Shown piece after piece: positions 1 through 8,884 of a DNA stretch of 27,883 nt. The stretch comes from Candidatus Eiseniibacteriota bacterium (lineage in GTDB: Bacteria > Joyebacterota > Joyebacteria > Joyebacterales > Joyebacteraceae). Under the pieces are notes generated by a model, which ran no database searches, was not told where the DNA came from, and worked only from the letters and a program-made list of their open reading frames with translations. The stretch lies in assembly GCA_043819135.1 (NCBI GenBank), contig JBDRFG010000068.1:1-27883 (forward strand), read 5' to 3'. The position numbers and the translations under genes are program-made. Positions within the stretch are counted from its first letter, which is position 1; each line of letters starts with the position of its first letter.

Positions 1-1
1 G

Positions 2-1948
2 CGGCTCTTCAAGAATTCGAGCTTTCCGCCGCGCATACTGAACGGGTTGTCCGTCGCTCTGGACGACTTCGATAACGTTCCCCTCATCGTGCGAAGCTCG
101 AGTCTGCTCGAGGACCGGTTGGGCACGTCGTTCTCGGGAAAGTACAAGAGCCTCTTCGTCGCCAATCAGGGCAACAAGGCGGAGAAGCTGGAGGCCGTTG
201 CTGATGCCATTGCCGAGGTCTACGCGTCGACGTTCGGACCTGACCCCATCGAGTACCGGCGCGAGCGCGGACTGCTCGAGTTCAACGAGGAGATGGGCAT
301 TCTCATCCAGGAGGTCGTCGGCACACAGGTCGGGGACTACTTCCTCCCGGCATTCGCGGGTGTTGCCTTCAGCAACAGCGAGTTTCGATGGTCTCCGCGC
401 ATCCGCCGTGAGGACGGACTCGTACGATTGGTTCCGGGTCTCGGTACTCGAGCCGTCGACCGCGTGTCGGACGACTACCCCATCCTCCTGGTGCCCGGCC
501 AGCCGACGCTGCGAGCCAACGTGGAGATCGACGAGATAGTCCGTTACTCGCCCAAGTACATCGACTTGATCAATCTCAAGTCCGGAACGCTGGAGTCCAT
601 GGAGCTCGCGTCGCTGCTGCGAGAGGTCGGTGCCGACTATCCCGCGCTCGATAAGGTCTTCTCCGTTCTCAGAGGCGACACGTTGCAGAAGGCTCCGCCG
701 CGCGTGCTGGTCAACAAGGACACCGATGAATTCGTTGCGACCTTCAACGACCTTGCCGACACGACACCGTTCCTCGAGCAGATGCGGAACGTGCTGGACA
801 TTCTAGAGGAAGAACTCGGCACGCCGGTTGATGTCGAGTTTGCCCACGACGGCACCACGTTTCATCTCCTCCAGTGCCGTCCTCAGAGTCAGTCCGACGA
901 GTCCGCCCCATCCCCCATCCCCAAGGACATCCCGGATGCGGATGTCGTGTTCACGGCCAATCGCCACGTGTCCAACGGCTGGGTTCCCGACATCACGCAC
1001 ATCGTCTACGTCGACCCCGACAGCTACGGTGACCTCCCGAGTCGCGAGGACATGCTGGCCGTCGCCCGGGCCGTCGGCAGACTCAACGGGCTGCTGCCCA
1101 GGCGGCGCTTCATCCTCCTCGGGCCGGGTCGCTGGGGAAGCCGCGGAGACGTTAAGCTGGGCGTGAGCGTGACCTACGCCGACATCTCGAACACGGCTGT
1201 CCTGATCGAGATCGCCCGCCGCAAGGGTGACTACGTGCCTGATCTCTCATTCGGCACGCACTTCTTCCAGGACCTGGTGGAGTCGCGCATCCGCTACCTC
1301 CCGCTCTATCCGGACGATCGGGACATCGCGTTCAATGAGATGTTCCTGCGGAGCGCTCAGAACCTGCTTCCGACGATACTGCCCGAGTTCGCTCACCTGG
1401 CAGACACGGTCCGCGTGATCGACGTGCCCTCGGTCACTGATGGGCGGATCCTGCGCGTGCTCTTCAATGCGGACCTCGATGAGGCTCTGGCCCACATCTC
1501 CGACCCCGGAGGTGAGAGTGCCCAGCGCCCCGCCGTGGCGAAAGAGCGAAAGACCGAACCGCTCCAGTACTGGCAGTGGCGGCTTCACATGGCCGAGAGG
1601 GTCGCCGCCGAACTGAACCCCGAGCGCTTCGGCGTGGTCGCCGCATACGTCTTCGGAAGCACGAAGAACGCCACCGCCGGGCCCGCGAGCGACATTGACA
1701 TCCTCATCCACGTGCGCGGGTCGGACGAGCAGCGACAGTCCCTGATCAGCTGGATGGAAGGTTGGGGCAGGTGTCTGAGCGAGATGAACTACCTGCGTAC
1801 GGGCTACCGCACGGAGAACCTGCTCGACGTTCATCTGGTGACGGACGCGGACATCGCGAACAAGGACAGCTACGCGGCGAAGATCGGGGCCGTGACGGAC
1901 GCGGCCAGAGAACTCAAGCTCAGGTCGCCGGACCACTCCGACCAATAG
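2..1948 (+). CDS. PEP/pyruvate-binding (PPDK_N, PEP-synthase-like) domain protein with C-terminal minimal nucleotidyltransferase domain; 5'-partial
   Basis: Frame is open from base 2. PPDK_N motifs: VRSSSLLED, SFSGKYKS, MGILIQEVVG, GLGTRAV, PVDVEFA...LLQCRP. C-terminal Pol-beta-like motif FGS...GPASDIDILI. Confidence 0.85.
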   Translation, partial: RLFKNSSFPPRILNGLSVALDDFDNVPLIVRSSSLLEDRLGTSFSGKYKSLFVANQGNKAEKLEAVADAIAEVYASTFGPDPIEYRRERGLLEFNEEMGILIQEVVGTQVGDYFLPAFAGVAFSNSEFRWSPRIRREDGLVRLVPGLGTRAVDRVSDDYPILLVPGQPTLRANVEIDEIVRYSPKYIDLINLKSGTLESMELASLLREVGADYPALDKVFSVLRGDTLQKAPPRVLVNKDTDEFVATFNDLADTTPFLEQMRNVLDILEEELGTPVDVEFAHDGTTFHLLQCRPQSQSDESAPSPIPKDIPDADVVFTANRHVSNGWVPDITHIVYVDPDSYGDLPSREDMLAVARAVGRLNGLLPRRRFILLGPGRWGSRGDVKLGVSVTYADISNTAVLIEIARRKGDYVPDLSFGTHFFQDLVESRIRYLPLYPDDRDIAFNEMFLRSAQNLLPTILPEFAHLADTVRVIDVPSVTDGRILRVLFNADLDEALAHISDPGGESAQRPAVAKERKTEPLQYWQWRLHMAERVAAELNPERFGVVAAYVFGSTKNATAGPASDIDILIHVRGSDEQRQSLISWMEGWGRCLSEMNYLRTGYRTENLLDVHLVTDADIANKDSYAAKIGAVTDAARELKLRSPDHSDQ

Positions 1949-1988
1949 GCCATCCCGATCGCGTCGGAATCCGGACTCGCGGTCACGC

Positions 1989-2849
1989 TCAGTAGAGAGC
2001 CCGAGTAGCACTCTCGGGATCATCAGGGTCGAACCGCACGAGCGCGAGCTCGGGTCCATCGTGGGCGGCGCTGAAGAGGTGTGTCTTTCCTATCCTATCC
2101 CGCCAGCTTCCAGTGAGTCTCGCGGACTCGTGAACGTGGCCGTGCAACGTGATGAGCGGCTGTCTGTCCTCTATGAAACGTTGAATGGCTATGCTGCCCA
2201 CGTGCACGTCGAGTGGAACGTGGTCGACCTTCCTCCCGTCCAGCGCCGCGCGGTCGAGGTTTGTCTTGTAGGGCGGTGAGTGAAAGAGGAACACTGCTCT
2301 TTCGAGGTCGTCCTCCCCGACCAGCCGCTCGAGGTCGTCCTTGATGGTCGAGTGGCGAATCTCGCGCTCCTCACGAGGTACCGAGCGCCTGCCCTCCTCG
2401 GGCGAGACAGCTCCGGGATCGACGAACCGCGACACGTCGTAGCGCTCCCAGTCCTTCAGCAGAAACGGGCTTGGCGGAACGTGAGCGTAGCCGTACACAG
2501 CGAACCCGTTCAGCGACTCCTTGCGATTGTGCACGTACTGCCACATCCCGCGTGCGGCCACATCGAGTGTCGCGGCCTCCTCGGAGCGGAGGTCGTCGTT
2601 CCCCAGAATAAGGAACACCGACGGGTAGTCACCGCCCAGGTCGTCCCGCAACACCTCGAATCCGGCCCCGAGGAAGTCGATGACGAAGTCGTGCTTGCCG
2701 GGTACCGGCGACTGCCACGCGACGATGTACGGCGGCAAGAGGTCGCCACCGAGAAACACGGCGTCTGGGCGCTCTTCCCTCGCGAGCGCGAACAGCTTGC
2801 GATAGCGATCCACAGATCCATGCAGATCTGACGCGAAGAAGCAGAGCAC
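1989..2849 (-). CDS. Metallophosphoesterase (calcineurin-like, Icc-related)
   Basis: Motifs SDLHG, GGDL, LGNDD, FHSPP, LHGHVHE. Start set at GTG 2849, behind a GAGGG RBS. Confidence 0.88.
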   Translation of the reverse strand: MLCFFASDLHGSVDRYRKLFALAREERPDAVFLGGDLLPPYIVAWQSPVPGKHDFVIDFLGAGFEVLRDDLGGDYPSVFLILGNDDLRSEEAATLDVAARGMWQYVHNRKESLNGFAVYGYAHVPPSPFLLKDWERYDVSRFVDPGAVSPEEGRRSVPREEREIRHSTIKDDLERLVGEDDLERAVFLFHSPPYKTNLDRAALDGRKVDHVPLDVHVGSIAIQRFIEDRQPLITLHGHVHESARLTGSWRDRIGKTHLFSAAHDGPELALVRFDPDDPESATRALY

Positions 2850-3013
2850 GTTTTCCCTCGGGCCGGTCGAGACCTCATCACAGACAACAGATGCGCGTCT
2901 CATGTCTTCTACAACACCGGGCCGCGGGCGTCAACAGGCGGGCGCGAAGGAACTTGTCATCGCGTCTGGAGCGGCCTATCATCGTCTTGACCTCTTCATC
3001 GTGGAGAGCATGC

Positions 3014-3802
3014 ATGGTGCCCTCGACTCAAAACAAGCCTCAGCCCACTATGCGCAATGCGCGCGGCCCGCGCGCGCCCAGGAGATCGCTTCGAGCCGCC
3101 GACCTCCTCCGGCCGACCTTCAAGAGCGCCATCTGGAGCACCTACGACCACATCGGACTGCTCGTCCTCGCCAATCTCATCTGGCTAGTGCTGTGCCTGC
3201 CGGTGGTCACCGCCCCGGTGGCGACCGCAGGTCTCTTTCACCTTGCGCGCGAGATCGCGCGCGGGAACGGCGTCTCTCTCCGCGACTTCTTCTCCGGATT
3301 TCGCTCGCTCTTCCTCCCCGCCGTCAAGCTCGGGCTCGTCGACCTTGCAGTGCTCCTGGCACTCTGGATCAACGTCGACTTCTACAGCCACCTGCGTGGA
3401 GGCGCGACGATACCGGGTATGGTGCTGGCCGCCGCGATGGTCTGGACGGCCGCCTTCTTCCTTCTCATGCACGCGCACCTCTATCCCCTGCTCACGGCCG
3501 GGGAAACCAGCCTCCGGCAGCTCCTTCGGAAGTCCGCGCTCCTCACGCTCGACAACCTCGCCTTCACGATCGGGATCACCCTCCAGGCCCTGTCGCTCAG
3601 CGTTCTCTGCATCATCACGGGCGCGGGCCTCGTCCTTATCAACGGCTCCGCTGTCGCCGTCCTCCTTGCGACCGGCCACCGGGAGCTCCTCAGGAAGTAC
3701 TCCGACGACCCCGATGAGCCCGATGAGCCCCGGCAGTTCCTCGAGACCCGGACGTTGAGGGACCTCTGGAAGCCTTGGGAGAGCGGAAAGCGCGGCGACT
3801 AG
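3014..3802 (+). CDS. YesL/DUF624-like membrane protein
   Basis: Several hydrophobic helices; LANLIWLVLCLPVVTAPVATAGL and RDFFSGFR pattern. GGAGAG precedes ATG 3014 (ATG 3050 is an alternative). Confidence 0.7.
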   Translation: MVPSTQNKPQPTMRNARGPRAPRRSLRAADLLRPTFKSAIWSTYDHIGLLVLANLIWLVLCLPVVTAPVATAGLFHLAREIARGNGVSLRDFFSGFRSLFLPAVKLGLVDLAVLLALWINVDFYSHLRGGATIPGMVLAAAMVWTAAFFLLMHAHLYPLLTAGETSLRQLLRKSALLTLDNLAFTIGITLQALSLSVLCIITGAGLVLINGSAVAVLLATGHRELLRKYSDDPDEPDEPRQFLETRTLRDLWKPWESGKRGD

Positions 3803-3863
3803 GCGACTTACGCACCCCTCAGTCAGGAATCTCGCTCAATCCATCCGAAATCTTAAGCTGACC

Positions 3864-3921
3864 CTTGACATTAGAGAGGTGATACCTTAACATTGTTAAG
3901 TGTTGCCTTGATAATGTTAAG
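3864..3921 (+). promoter_or_regulatory. Sigma70-type promoter overlapped by operator-like palindromes
   Basis: TTGACA 3865-3870, 17 bp spacer, TAACAT 3888-3893. Palindromes CTTAACA-T-TGTTAAG (3886-3900) and CTTGATA-A-TGTTAAG (3907-3921). AT-rich patch in a GC-rich window. Confidence 0.8.
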
Positions 3922-3956
3922 CAATGACTTGCAGAACCCTGAACCAGGAGGTCGAA

Positions 3957-4334
3957 ATGGTCCACAAGCAGCCAGGACAGTGCCCGGTCTGTGGTGGGGA
4001 CATGGTCATCAAGGAGCTGGAGTGCCCCACCTGCGAGGTGACGGTCAGGGGCTCCTTCGAGACCTGCCCGTTCTGCATCCTGACCGGGGAGCAGCTCGAG
4101 CTCATCAAGATCTTCCTCAAGTCTCGCGGGAACATCAAGGAGGTCGAAAGGGAGCTCGGCATCTCCTACCCCACCGTCAGAGGCAGGCTCGACGACATCG
4201 TCAGGTCGCTGGGCTTCACTCCCCCGAAGCCCGAGGTCACTCGAGGCATGAAGGACGAGCTTCTGGCGAAGCTGGAAGCAGGAGAGATCGATGCAGACGA
4301 ATTCGTACGAAAGCTGGATGAGGCGTCCGCTTAG
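3957..4334 (+). CDS. DUF2089 family protein (zinc ribbon + HTH + SHOCT-like tail), putative regulator
   Basis: CPVCGG...CPTC; SRGNIKEVERELGISYPTVRGRLD; tail LAKLEAGEIDADEF. AGGAGG RBS before ATG 3957. Confidence 0.88.
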   Translation: MVHKQPGQCPVCGGDMVIKELECPTCEVTVRGSFETCPFCILTGEQLELIKIFLKSRGNIKEVERELGISYPTVRGRLDDIVRSLGFTPPKPEVTRGMKDELLAKLEAGEIDADEFVRKLDEASA

Positions 4335-4467
4335 CAGCGCGGTCTGCCCGACACCGGACATATGGCCGGACGCGATACCGCCACGGCTGAGACGACAACT
4401 GGCGAGGCACCACCACTGCGCAGTCCACCACGCACACGTGCGAGACACGCTCGACAGGGAGATGATG

Positions 4468-5091
4468 ATGAACGAACAGAAGTCCAGAATACTCAAAATG
4501 CTCGAGGACAAGAAGATCACGGCGGACGAGGCGATGAGGCTCCTCGACGCGCTCGACAGGACCGAGTCCCGCCCTACCGACAGGGAGCTGAAGAAGAAGT
4601 GGCTGCACATCAGGGTCGAGAAGGACGGCAAGCAGACCGTCAATCTCAAGCTGCCGCTCGCGCTCCTGAAGTTCGGATTCAAGTTCGCTCCGCAGCATGC
4701 CCGCGGTGGCCACATGCGGGCCAGGCTTCACGCCGAACGCGCGCAGGCGCACGCCGAGAGGTCGAAGGAACGGACGGAGCGCGCCAGAGAGCGGGCCGAG
4801 AGGGCAAGGACCAAGGTGGAGCGGAAACTGCACGAGAAGTTCGGCGAGGATGTCGAGCTCAATCTCAACGGCATTCTGTCTGAGGCGTTCGCGGACCTGG
4901 AGTTCCCGGTGCCTCCGGTCCCGCCCGTTCAGCCGTTCAACGTCGGTGGGCTCGACGGCATTCTCGACGGGGATTTCGACCTCGATCTCGACAAGATCCT
5001 CGAGATGGCGCAGGACGCGGACTTCGACGGGAACATACTCGACGTCTACGACGATGACGACGACGAGCGTGTGCGGATAACGCTCGAGTAG
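4468..5091 (+). CDS. SHOCT-like domain protein, DUF2089 partner
   Basis: N-terminal EQKSRILKMLEDKKITADEAMRLLDAL; LHIRVEKDGKQTVNLKLPL; C-terminal ILDVYDDDDDERVRITLE. AGGGAG RBS before ATGATGATG (4462-4470). Confidence 0.8.
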   Translation: MNEQKSRILKMLEDKKITADEAMRLLDALDRTESRPTDRELKKKWLHIRVEKDGKQTVNLKLPLALLKFGFKFAPQHARGGHMRARLHAERAQAHAERSKERTERARERAERARTKVERKLHEKFGEDVELNLNGILSEAFADLEFPVPPVPPVQPFNVGGLDGILDGDFDLDLDKILEMAQDADFDGNILDVYDDDDDERVRITLE

Positions 5092-5134
5092 GTTTCCACG
5101 ACGCGGTCTCCCGGAGTTGGCACTCACGGGCGAA

Positions 5135-5168
5135 AGAAAGCCCGGGAGCAGTTGCTCCCGGGCTTTCT
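5135..5168. terminator. Probable bidirectional intrinsic terminator
   Basis: Perfect inverted repeat AGAAAGCCCGGGAGCA-GT-TGCTCCCGGGCTTTCT between convergent genes. Confidence 0.85.
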
Positions 5169-5180
5169 CATTCTTCAGCG

Positions 5181-5219
5181 TGAGTCGTTCCGCTCACACG
5201 GAGCGGCCTAGAAACCTCA
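5181..5219 (-). promoter_or_regulatory. Candidate bacterial SECIS element
   Basis: Minus strand: UGAG GUUUCUAGG CCGCUC-CGUGU-GAGCGG AACGA CUCA. The apical hairpin begins 11 nt after UGA, and UGAG can pair with CUCA. Confidence 0.6.
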
Positions 5220-5423
5220 CGTGCCACCAGTGCTCGGGCAAATCCTGCCGCCGCCCCCTCCGCCCCCGCTGTCGCCCGAGTTCGCGCAGAACACCGACAT
5301 CTGCCGCTCCGACTTCATCGAGCCGCAGGACGGGCACTTGCGGGGCTTGTCACGGTTGTCTACGGAATCCAGATCGTCGAATTCCGCTCCACACTTCTGG
5401 CACTTGTATTCAAATATGGGCAC
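5208..5423 (-). CDS. FmdB family zinc-ribbon protein, probable C-terminal selenocysteine (UGA at 5217-5219; ends at 5217 if UGA is a stop)
   Basis: MPIFEYKCQKCG...CPSCGS. AGGAG RBS before GTG 5423. The tail reads ICPSTGGT-TGA-GGT-TTC-TAG and is followed by a SECIS-like hairpin. Confidence 0.85.
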
Positions 5424-5499
5424 ACGCGCTCCTGTCGTCTCCGGTGAATTAGCCGGCTCTGCAGTTGGATGCGCGAACCGTCTCTTGGGATTCGCCCTT

Positions 5500-6174
5500 T
5501 CAGACGCGCCGGAAGAGCCCCCGGCGAGGGACGCTCATATCGTCCCCCTCGAACTCGAGAAGCTCCCACCCCCCGGCGAACAGGCCCTTGATCTCCTCAT
5601 TCGTGTAGGGCCGAAACAGCATGCCGGCCCGGCGGCCTGAGGTGTAGTGATGCGTCCTGTCGGCCAGGACCTCGCATTCCGACTCGGGATCGTCGCTCTT
5701 GTCCTCATCGAACGAGACGAGCAGGAACGCGCCCGGCCGAGCGACCCGGGACAGCTCTGCGGCCAGTTCGGTCGCCCAGTCGAGCGTCACGTGGTCGAGA
5801 CAACTCCACGCCAGAACGCCGTCCACGGCGGCGTCAGGCAGCTCGATGGTCCAGCCGTCGCACCCGGCCGCGCTCACGGCCAGCCCCTCTTCGCGCGCCC
5901 TGTCGAGGCTGAATCGCACGCCGGCCTCGGCGACGTCGCACACGGCCACCGAATGGCCAAGTCTTGCCAGCACCAGGGCGTTCCGCCCGATGCCGGAGCC
6001 GAAGTCAAGCACGCGCGCCCCGGCGGGCAGGCGCTCGATGAACGCCGCTGCGACCGGCGACTTCCCGTCGAACACCGACTCCTTCCACTTATCGGGGACG
6101 CCTTCCTCGAGAGTGCTCGCGATCATGCGCTTCCAGAACACGCCGGAGTCGAGCTGGGGTATGCTCCTCGCCAC
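5500..6174 (-). CDS. Class I SAM-dependent methyltransferase
   Basis: VLDFGSGIGRN motif I, VCD, and RVARPGAFLLVSF. AGGAGG RBS before GTG 6174. Confidence 0.88.
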   Translation of the reverse strand: MARSIPQLDSGVFWKRMIASTLEEGVPDKWKESVFDGKSPVAAAFIERLPAGARVLDFGSGIGRNALVLARLGHSVAVCDVAEAGVRFSLDRAREEGLAVSAAGCDGWTIELPDAAVDGVLAWSCLDHVTLDWATELAAELSRVARPGAFLLVSFDEDKSDDPESECEVLADRTHHYTSGRRAGMLFRPYTNEEIKGLFAGGWELLEFEGDDMSVPRRGLFRRV

Positions 6175-6191
6175 GTTGCCTCCTGCCTCAA

Positions 6192-7343
6192 CTAGCCCGG
6201 TTTCTTCGCCAACACGAAGTCCCCGAGACGCTCCCCCGCGCGTTCGACCGCGGAGATACCGAACACTTCGGCCACGATATCGAGCACCGGCCCGTTCTCG
6301 CCCAACTTGCCCGCCTTGAGGGCGGCGTCGTAGAACGCCAGGAGTTCCGGAAGCCTGTGGTCCAGGTGTCGCATCTCGACGAACCCGACGCGTGCCAGAA
6401 GTTCGTTGACCGTGCCGCTCGTCAGGTGGTTGAGCTCGAAGTACTTGGTATCGGCAATGAACGGTGCAAGGCCCACGAGCAGCGTAACGCCGAAGGTCTC
6501 CGCGGGCGCCACGAAGCCGTCGCCTCCCGCCGCGCCGTCCAGCTCCACCGGCGTCTCGCTGATGTTCTCGACCGCCTCGAGGAACTCCGGGTCGGCGTTC
6601 AGGCGCTCGCGGTCCAGGAAGAGCGCATACCAGGTCTCCCTCGGAGGAGACTTCCGCCGGACCTGATAGAAGACGACGGCCTCCCCGTCGGTCAGTTCGC
6701 CGCGCAGCTTCTCGTCGCCCTCGCTGTCGGCGAAACAGACGTCGTAGTCCTCGAAGATCATGGCGAGCGTGCCGCCCGGCGTGAGCACCCGGAACACCTC
6801 GCGCAACGCCTGCTCCGGGTTCGCGCACTGCTCAATCGAGGAGGCCGCAGTCACTCCGCCGAAGCTCCCGTTCCTGAACGACATCTCCTCCGCGTCCATC
6901 ACTCGGAACTCTACGTTGTCGATGCCGAGACGCTCCGCGTTCTCGCACTGGACCCGCACGCGGCGCGGGGACGGGTCGATGCCGATGATCTTCTTGAACC
7001 GGTGTGCGATCCGGAGAGCCGGCCACCCGTCGCCCGGCCCCACGTCCAGGATGACGCTGGCGTCGCCCATTGCATGCGCGAAGGCGCCGATCAGCGCTTC
7101 GTCGTGCCAGTGCGAGCGCTTCGTGTTGTCGAGCGGTTCATACAGAACAGGCAGACAGCGACCCGACTGGGATTCCATGCGCTCGTACATGAGCTCGGCG
7201 GTCGTCGATGGCTGAGGTGTCAGGTTGGCGAGGATCCATCGCTCTATCTCGGTGCGGTTGGCGTCCACGTGTGCGCGCTCCCTGTGGTGGCCATAGGGTC
7301 TGAGATGCTCGAAGGGGAATCTCCATTGGAGACTCCCCTTCAT
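6192..7343 (-). CDS. Class I SAM-dependent methyltransferase with extended C-terminal region
   Basis: ILDVGPGDG, IGIDPS, VMDAEEM, ALREVFRVLTPGG. ATG at 7343. Confidence 0.85.
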   Translation of the reverse strand: MKGSLQWRFPFEHLRPYGHHRERAHVDANRTEIERWILANLTPQPSTTAELMYERMESQSGRCLPVLYEPLDNTKRSHWHDEALIGAFAHAMGDASVILDVGPGDGWPALRIAHRFKKIIGIDPSPRRVRVQCENAERLGIDNVEFRVMDAEEMSFRNGSFGGVTAASSIEQCANPEQALREVFRVLTPGGTLAMIFEDYDVCFADSEGDEKLRGELTDGEAVVFYQVRRKSPPRETWYALFLDRERLNADPEFLEAVENISETPVELDGAAGGDGFVAPAETFGVTLLVGLAPFIADTKYFELNHLTSGTVNELLARVGFVEMRHLDHRLPELLAFYDAALKAGKLGENGPVLDIVAEVFGISAVERAGERLGDFVLAKKPG

Positions 7344-7392
7344 GATAGCAGAATCGGCGGAGGCTCGCCCGCGCCGACTTAGCGCGGAACGG

Positions 7393-8860
7393 CTACTTGA
7401 GCAGGACCAGCTTCCGGGCTTCCCGGTAACTCGTGTGCTCGCCGGATGCCTCCATTCGGATGAAGTAGACACCGCTCGCGGCGCGCTGACCGGTGTCGGT
7501 CGTGCCGTCCCAGATGGCTCGGTGCTCGCCCGGCCCTGCCGACGCGTCTACGAGCGTTCTCACGATCAGGCCCGCCGCATCGTAGACCCGAATCGCCACG
7601 CGGCTCTCCGCAGCGACGCTGTACTCAATGGTCGTCAAAGAATTGAAGGGGTTGGGACGCGCCTGGCTCAGCCTGGTCACGAAGACGCTCTCATCCACTC
7701 CGGTCGGTGGACCGGTCGGGGTCTTCCCGAAGTACCCCATGATGTTGGCCATGAGGTTGACGCGGTCGGAAGAACCGGACGCGAATTGCCCGTTGGGTAG
7801 CTGCAAGTCAGACATGAACTCGATGCCGAATCCGAGCGTCACGGTCTGGTATCCAGTGGAGTCGGTATAGGCGACCCCAGCGGGGAGCATCGTCATGTCC
7901 GCCTTCACATACTCCGCCACCAGCTCCGCTCCGGCGACACCGGGGCGCGGCTGGATGACATCGAAGAGCGCGAGCTCGGGGCAGCCGCCGCGCAGCACGC
8001 ACTCTTGATCGTCGTGGGTCATGAAATCGAACCCGCCTGCAAAGTCGCGAAGGCCCGGCACGCTGTCGACCTCCACTTCCCCGACCGCGTCGTCGAGGTA
8101 CTCCGTCGCGAGCCAGGAGTTTTCGTCGTCGACCATTCTGATGGTCAGAGGATCGACCGCGGCGTACATCCATCCTGACCCCTCGGAGCAGGTGAACGGT
8201 CGGTTCGTCCAGATGTCGGTTCCGTACAGACCTCGCCAGAATGCCACGCCGGCCTGGCCGGTGGCCGGGATGTCGTCGTGGACCCAGCCGTTGTCTCCGG
8301 GGGACTCGCAGTCGTCGAGCCAGAACGGGCTGCCTTCGTATGGATCTGAGTCGTAGAGGGCGATGTTGTCGAGTTGCCACGCGCCGTCCTGTACGGAGTG
8401 GAAGGGCAGGTTATCGAACTGATCCTGAGAGGAGTAGGCCATATCCGACTCGAAGCGAAACCGGATGGCTATCTCCTGTCCGGCGTAGTCACTCAGGTCG
8501 ATCGAGATGTGCCCGGGGCCCACTGGATCGACGCTGTCCCAGTCCTGTGAGATGCCCGGCGTGCCTGAGAAACCGGGGTTGTCAATCAGGAAGACCGTCG
8601 TCCACGCGTCGCCACCGTCGGTCGACACGTCAGTGTAGCCGTAGTCGTAATCGTTCTCCATGGCGATACGCTGGTCGTACGCCAGGAAGAGTGTGTCGCC
8701 TGGGCCCGTGTTGGCGGCGACCTCCGGGAAGGATGTGGACATCACCTGCAACCAGTCGTTCCCGTAGCCCCTTGGCTGCCGCCAGCAGGGATTGTATGTG
8801 CCACACCACCACGCGCTGTCGCCGAGCCACTCGAACCCGTTGATGCGGATGGTGTGCGCC
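7393..8860 (-). pseudogene. 5'-truncated fragment of a large secreted protein with C-terminal FlgD-Ig/T9SS-like sorting domain
   Basis: C-terminal QARPNPFN...VYDAAG..VRTLVD..PGEHRAIWDG...ASGVYFIRM..RKLVLLK; immune-inhibitor-A/MAM-like segment YDYGYTDVSTDGG...IRFRFESD. Protein-like sequence (WWCGTYNPCWRQPRGYGNDW) continues upstream of 8751 with no ATG/GTG start or signal peptide. Confidence 0.65.
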
Positions 8861-8884
8861 TGGGGTGTGGGGCAGCCGGTCAGA

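Noticed and set aside
5500..6828. 442-aa version of the methyltransferase ORF
   Set aside because: The extension overlaps the upstream gene in another frame; a strong RBS supports GTG 6174.
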